Shown here: piece after piece, positions 57,073-64,000 of the stretch
Layout: each line of letters opens with the position of its first letter
Numbering within the stretch: position 1 is the first letter of the stretch
Assembly: GCA_964016885.1 (NCBI GenBank)
Contig: OZ024740.1
Location: forward strand, 289,478,001-289,542,000
Direction of reading: 5' to 3'
DNA: 64,000 nucleotides
From: Eledone cirrhosa
Lineage: Eukaryota
Made by a program: the position numbers and the translations under genes
The notes under the pieces: model-generated
What the model saw: only the letters and a program-made list of their open reading frames with translations
Databases searched by the model: none
Told to the model about the DNA's origin: nothing

Positions 57073-57156
57073 ATATTACAATTGTTTCGATATCGCTCAA
57101 TTCGGGTTTGATCAGGCGATCGGGTCTCGACTCTTAATCGACACTTCTTCAGATAC
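57073..57156 (-). ncRNA. Type I hammerhead ribozyme, stem II 57 nt
   Basis: GTAT-CTGAAGA-AGTGTCG...CGATATC-GAAA-CAATTG-TA|ATAT; adjacent to (AG)n. Confidence 0.65.
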
Positions 57157-57164
57157 ATGAGTTT

Positions 57165-58800
57165 ACATGGGTGGTCCTAACGGGGATATTCCAGCACCGA
57201 CCCTGTTTGCCATATACTTTGCAATGGTTTTCTGTATTGCATTCAGGAATTGCGAGCATGGTGTTTACATCCGATATCGAACCTCAGGCAGCATATTTAA
57301 CATCAGGCGCTTTGCTGCAAAGACAAAAGTATTTACATCAATCATAATAGACCTCTTGTATGCAGATGATTGCGATCTTGTAGCGCACACAGAGAGTGAT
57401 ATGCAGCACATTTTGAATGCATTTTCTTACGCTTGCTCTGCCCTAGGATTGACTGTCAGTCTCAAGAAAACCGTCGTCATGTACCAACCTGCCCCTGGTA
57501 AGCAGTACACTGAACCAAACATCTATGTGTATGGTAAACGACTTGGAGTGGGTGATCAGTTTGTCTACCTGGGAAGCACTGTCAATCGATACAGCAACCT
57601 TGACAGTGAAATCTCACTTAGGATTAGGAAAGCAAGTGATGCTTTCGGAAAGCTAGAAAGGCGACTCTGGGGTCGGCGAGACATATGTAGGAGGACAAAG
57701 GTAAAGGTGTACAGGGCATGTGTGCTCTCTTGTCTTCTTTATGCCTGCGAGACGTGGGTCACATATCGACACCACCTTAAGCAATTGGAGCGTTTCCATC
57801 AGATGTGTCTCAGACGGATCCATGGCGTTCACTGGAGGGACCACATCAGTGATGTCGAGATTTTGGAAAGCTCTATGTGTGACAGTATAGAAGCTCTTGT
57901 GCTTAAGCAACGACTCCGTTGGAGTGGTCACCTTGCCAGAATGAAGGATTCTAGAATACCAAAACAACATAAACCAAAAAAGAGGTATAAGGATTCCTTG
58001 AAAGCCTCTCTGAAAGACGCTAACATCTCTGCTGATACATGGGAAAATATTGTTGCTGATCGTAATAAATGGAGAAAAACTGTATATGAGGGAAAAGTTG
58101 CCTTTGAGGCATCACGAATCGCATACGAGAAAGTAAAGCGGGATGTGAGGAAGGGCATTGCTGTTACACTTCTAGACGGCGAGGGTCCTCCTATGGTGCT
58201 GACATGCAGCGTCTGTGCGAGGCTCTGCCTAAGCAAAGCTGGACTCGAAAGTCATCTTCGCAGTCATAAAGTAAGACCAGTGGTTGACTACCAGGCTGCT
58301 GTTGGAGATGCTACTCATCATGCTTGCCAAACATGTGGTAGATAATGTAAATCAGCAGCAGGGCTCAAGCGACATGCAAAAGTACACGAACACCAACCAC
58401 AGCCGACTATTCCCTGTGAATGTTTTGGTTGCCGACTCTGTGCAAGACATTTTAGATCATTGGCTGGGCTAAAAAGCCACATTCGATCGCAGCGCTGTTA
58501 GTTGCTATCGTGTGTGTGTGTGTGTGTATAGATATGTTTATGTGTGTTCGTGTATGTGTATATGTATATGTATATTATTATTGTTGTTGTCGTTATTATT
58601 ATTGTTGTTGTTATTATTATTATTATTATTATTATTGTTATTAATGTATGTGGGTGTGTATATGTATGTGTGTGTATATATGTATGTGTATATGTGTATA
58701 TATATATATATTTCTTTTTTTTTTCTCCTCGTGCAATGGCCATACTCGATAACGAGGGAGCAGCTATCATGTATGTATGTATGCATGCATGCATGTATGT
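57165..58800 (+). mobile_element. 5'-truncated RTE/BovB-like LINE with three C-terminal C2H2 zinc fingers
   Basis: APTLF, YADD, FVYLGS, LLYACETW, LRWSGHLARM; fingers CSVC..H..H, CQTC..H..H (across TAA at 58343-58345), CRLC..H; 3' hairpin at 58735-58770 and (ATGT)n tail. Confidence 0.88.
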
Positions 58801-59402
58801 ATCTATGTATGCATGTTACGTATGTTTGTGTATATGTATGTGTGTGTTTACATGTGTAGACCTCCTGTGCCACAAAGAAGCCGATATTTAACAATGGATA
58901 TTCTATTAAGCACAAACTTACGTGAATATAATAGAAATAAAAATAAAATATAGAGGCAAACTTATATTTGCTTCGTAGCACAGCATGTGTGTTATTTATA
59001 TATGTATATGTATATGTATATGTAAATGTATATGTATATGTATGCATATATATTTGTATATGTCAGCATGTGTATATATATTCATATATTACTATATTTG
59101 TGAAAAGGTTTGTTTGAGCACGTGTATGTATGTAAGATTGCATGCGCGATTGTATGTGCATGTGTGCTGGCATTAAATAAACGCCAGCATTATCGTTTGT
59201 AAGTTTCTTATTGGCCCCGTAACATCAATACATATCAGTATTTTTATATGTATGCACCTATATGTGTATGCATAATCATACATATGAAAAAGGCTTGTTT
59301 GAGCCTGTATATATGTATGCATGTCTATGTGAGTATGTGTGTGCGTGTGTTTGTGTGCGTGTGTGAGTGTGTGTGTGTGAGAGTGAGTGAGTGAGTGAGT
59401 GA

Positions 59403-59486
<84 letters not shown>

Positions 59487-60283
59487 ATACAAATATAAAT
59501 AAGACAAAAAAGTAGCAGAATTTAATCGCAAACAAAAGCCACCTATATAGTTCGTAGGTTTCCATTCCCTTATGGCAGCTACAAATATCAGGTGAACACG
59601 TACATTTTGAACAATATAACCGCAAGCTACAACAGCACTACTCCACAAACGTCACCCTTACATATCGAAATACAAAGTAGATGGGAAATGCCCAAAGAGT
59701 TCAAATACAGTTTTCTATTAAATCAGAGACAATAATTGAAAGGAAGCAAATACAAAATGGCTGCTAATATATTAATGAAATGCTAAACCGGAAGTGAACG
59801 CCAACAACAGTAATAAAAAAGACGGAAAAAAACTACGCAATGCAACATGATATATGGAAGGTGCACTAACACAGCAGTTATCCAGGCGACAACCAATCAT
59901 AGATAATCAACCGATCCTGATATCGATCACAACAGAAGTAATAATGATGTAGATGATGATGATGATCATTATCATCGTCATCGTTGTCGTCACCCTCAGC
60001 ACTACCAAAACCGCAGCCGTCAACAACAACAACAGCAACAATTACATTAGCCAAACAGCAGTGGCAATAACAGCAATTACATTATCCAAACAGCGGTGGC
60101 AATAAAAATCTCAAGAGCCAATCGCAGCAGTTAATCAGACAAACCAATGAGACCATTTGAAAAAAATAGTCATAATCATACGTAAAACACAATGATACAC
60201 ATGTACTTAAACATGCACACACACTTGTACAGAAACATATACATTTATACGAATGGATGTTTGTATATATCCGGTTATATATG

Positions 60284-60758
<475 letters not shown>

Positions 60759-60851
60759 GAGCGAAGAATAACATGGTTCGGCTGTACGATAGGGTTTATA
60801 TATATACATATATATGTAAATACTATATATATGTATATATGTATGTATATA

Positions 60852-60883
<32 letters not shown>

Positions 60884-60888
<5 letters not shown>

Positions 60889-61503
60889 GACGTAAAATAA
60901 GAAAATTAAAAAAATTAAAAATTAACTTACTTACTAAAATTTTCACTCCAACTAATTAGTTTCTGTAATGGGATAAAGATTGTTACGTAATGTAACTGTC
61001 GAGAATTCATTACGTCATCAGGGAGTCTATTCTCAGCTAAGTCTCCAGGCAATGCGCGGACACTAGGGATTCATATAAAAATAATAATAATTCGGTGGAT
61101 GGAACAGCTAGCGAGGACTGAATTCCAAAGCACTGAAAAAGTTCACTGCCTCTGGTCAAATGGCAGATTCTAAAGAATCAAACACGTGACACTGAGGCTA
61201 GTCGGAAGGAGTGGGGTAGTAAAATGACAAAAGCCTACTACCACTACAATAAGTTAGTAGTGGATTTGGCAGGTTTGCTCAACAAATAAATAATTTGGAG
61301 ATAAATATAGAGAATTAGTTGGAGTGAAAATTTTAGTAAGTAAGTTAATTTATAATTTTTAAAATTTTCTTATTTTACGTCTTTCATATAATTGTTCTGC
61401 ATCCTCCTGCATTGAACCACCTAGGTACTATGACATAACTTATGTATTTGCTAGCATTAGTGTACATCTGTACGCATATGTTCGTAAATATACTAATTCT
61501 CTC
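60884..61503 (-). mobile_element. Diverged copy of the ~555-bp hammerhead retroelement with 5' inversion
   Basis: Homologous to 46190-47246; inverted segment ~61314-61503. Confidence 0.82.
60945..61026 (-). ncRNA. Type I hammerhead ribozyme with compensatory stem II change
   Basis: CGTAATG/CATTACA versus CGCAATG/CATTGCA at 46263; core unchanged. Confidence 0.8.
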
Positions 61504-61532
61504 TCTCTCTCTATATATATATATATGTATAT

Positions 61533-61901
<369 letters not shown>

Positions 61902-61911
61902 CGCGTGTGTG

Positions 61912-61957
<46 letters not shown>

Positions 61958-61967
61958 CGCGTGTGTG

Positions 61968-62011
<44 letters not shown>

Positions 62012-62252
62012 TGTGTGTGTATACATGTGTGTAAATATCACTCTCTTTGCATCACGATGGTAGTACTTTACCAGCGGCATATCGACATACTAACATAACT
62101 GGTTCAGGTAATTGTGTTAGCATCCTATGATATAACGTAGGTGTCTATTAATGATGTAACCAATGCATAATTACTAACCATTATATCATTGAAATACATA
62201 TAATGCAATAGAACAAATATTTAAACATATCATCATTTCTTAACATTATTTC

Positions 62253-62317
<65 letters not shown>

Positions 62318-62324
62318 TACATAC

Positions 62325-62428
<104 letters not shown>

Positions 62429-62542
62429 GCTTGCTTACAAAACCCAAAATGTAAGAGTTCAAACTAATGAACTCATAAAACTTTGATTTGGAAGCGAATT
62501 GTAACCATAAAACTGTTCTGCATGAACTAGTAAATGAGTAAA

Positions 62543-62605
<63 letters not shown>

Positions 62606-63519
62606 CAGAATTGAATATATGTGAGGGATGAACACTGCTAGAAGTATACATGTGTTCCAATTATAAATGACCAAGTTACCTAGGTTGAAAAAATACTAAT
62701 TTAAAACAATATCGTTTGCCTGTCTCAATTTAAAGTGATAAATTAATAAAAATAACAAACCTATATTGGGCAACTGCCTTCGATACCCGGACAGATCTAA
62801 AATCTTTTCGCAAGAATTATTAAGTGAAAGCCACCATTCCTGTGCTCTTCTGCGGGTATCCAGGAAATTCGTACCTTTCACTTCAAAAGATCTAAGAAGA
62901 CTGAAGTATGTGTTCATATAAAAGCATAAGTTGCAGCGCCTATATATTTGTTTTGCGAGGTTTTTGATATGAATTCGTGTGTCGAAACAAATATTGTTAT
63001 ACTTGGGGAGGGTCATATTGTTGTAATAATATTGCCAGAATTAATAACAGAACACACTCACTGTTTAGTTGGTTTTCGCTTCTGTATCTTTTATATCAGT
63101 TAATTCATTCGGTCCTCAATGTTTACCATTGACTGACCAACGGTCAAAAATACAGATATAATATAGATATAAACACATATATATAGTCTAACAAAGTTCT
63201 TTCGTTGCACATCTGCAATATCGTCAGTGGTGCTATTATGTTCCTCCTTATGTATTGTATATTTACGCCATCTTTATTTAATCTGTTTATTTATTTATTT
63301 TTGTCTTCTTCTCTGCGCATGCGTTTGCGTGTGTGTATAGTGTTTTGTTTGATGTGTGTTCGTGATTGGGTGACTGTGTTTTGGTTATTGTATTCTATCT
63401 TAGTTTACTAGTGTGTGCTTATATGTGTTTGTTGTTATTGTGCTTGTGTATTTATTTATTTATTTATTTATATTTCTCTTAGGTCAGTATTGTTTGTTTT
63501 GGTGTTGTTGTTATTCCAT

Positions 63520-64000
63520 TCATATTTTTCTGTTTAGCTTTGGCCTTCTAAATTCTATTTCACTTGCCTCTCTGATTTGCTTATCTCCTGGGTCATTTCT
63601 ATTTTTAGATATTATTTTAATTTCTATGTTGTCTATGTTACCATCATCTTGTTGTCTGGCGTATTTGTATAGTACTGAACCGTTTTTTCGTCCTTTTAGT
63701 TCACCCCAGTGTTGGTCTATCCTTTCACCTATGCTACGAGTTGTCTCACCTATGTATGTTGTTGTCATGTTTCTGCAAGTACCCTCTGTACATCTTATGC
63801 TATTGACTACGTTTCTAGTTTTACATATAATACATTTCCTATTAGTACAGTGGGTTTTCTTACATGGGTATGTTTTGCTGATCAGGGATTTTATGGTAGT
63901 TCCTGGCTTTTCTACCACCTTAATCTCTAAGTGGGTCTTTCTCAGGGCCTTTCTACACTGGTTAGCTAATTTCCCCCCAGGGTTGCGTCCACGAACACGT
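63520..64000 (-). mobile_element. C-terminal GIY-YIG endonuclease region of a second Penelope-like element (continues beyond the window)
   Basis: C..C..C..C linker, YIGETTRSIGERIDQH, REASEI...PKLNRK; weak hammerhead candidate downstream at 63183-63236. Confidence 0.75.

Overview
AT-rich, microsatellite-saturated animal (metazoan) DNA. The tRNA-derived SINE and the repeat mix suggest a cephalopod such as Octopus; this is an inference. No host gene is recognisable: nearly everything is nested mobile DNA. At 1-23 kb there is a (TAA)n-associated pile-up of non-LTR retrotransposons: an RTE relic, two head-to-tail L1/Tx1 elements, one intact 1130-aa R4/Dong RT-RLE ORF and several decayed copies. 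At 26.9-31.6 kb lies a nearly intact Naiad-type Penelope-like element (RT + GIY-YIG, ~940-bp pLTRs, one TGG>TAG stop). The window also holds a decayed Tx1, a Chapaev3-like transposon, a split hAT MITE, an RTE with three C-terminal C2H2 fingers, and a second PLE at the right edge. The most striking signal is non-coding. By eye I find about 20 type I hammerhead ribozyme motifs with intact CUGANGA/GAAA/NUH cores, from about 12 sequence families, nearly all in small inserts in (TA)n tracts. They include an apparently identical 3.4x310-bp tandem retrozyme, a ~555-bp retrozyme whose 5' inversions begin at the predicted cleavage site, and a 2.77-kb palindrome with a ribozyme at each end. Seven families have a stem II expanded to 51-116 nt. 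All structures were folded by eye; ribozyme activity is not demonstrated.
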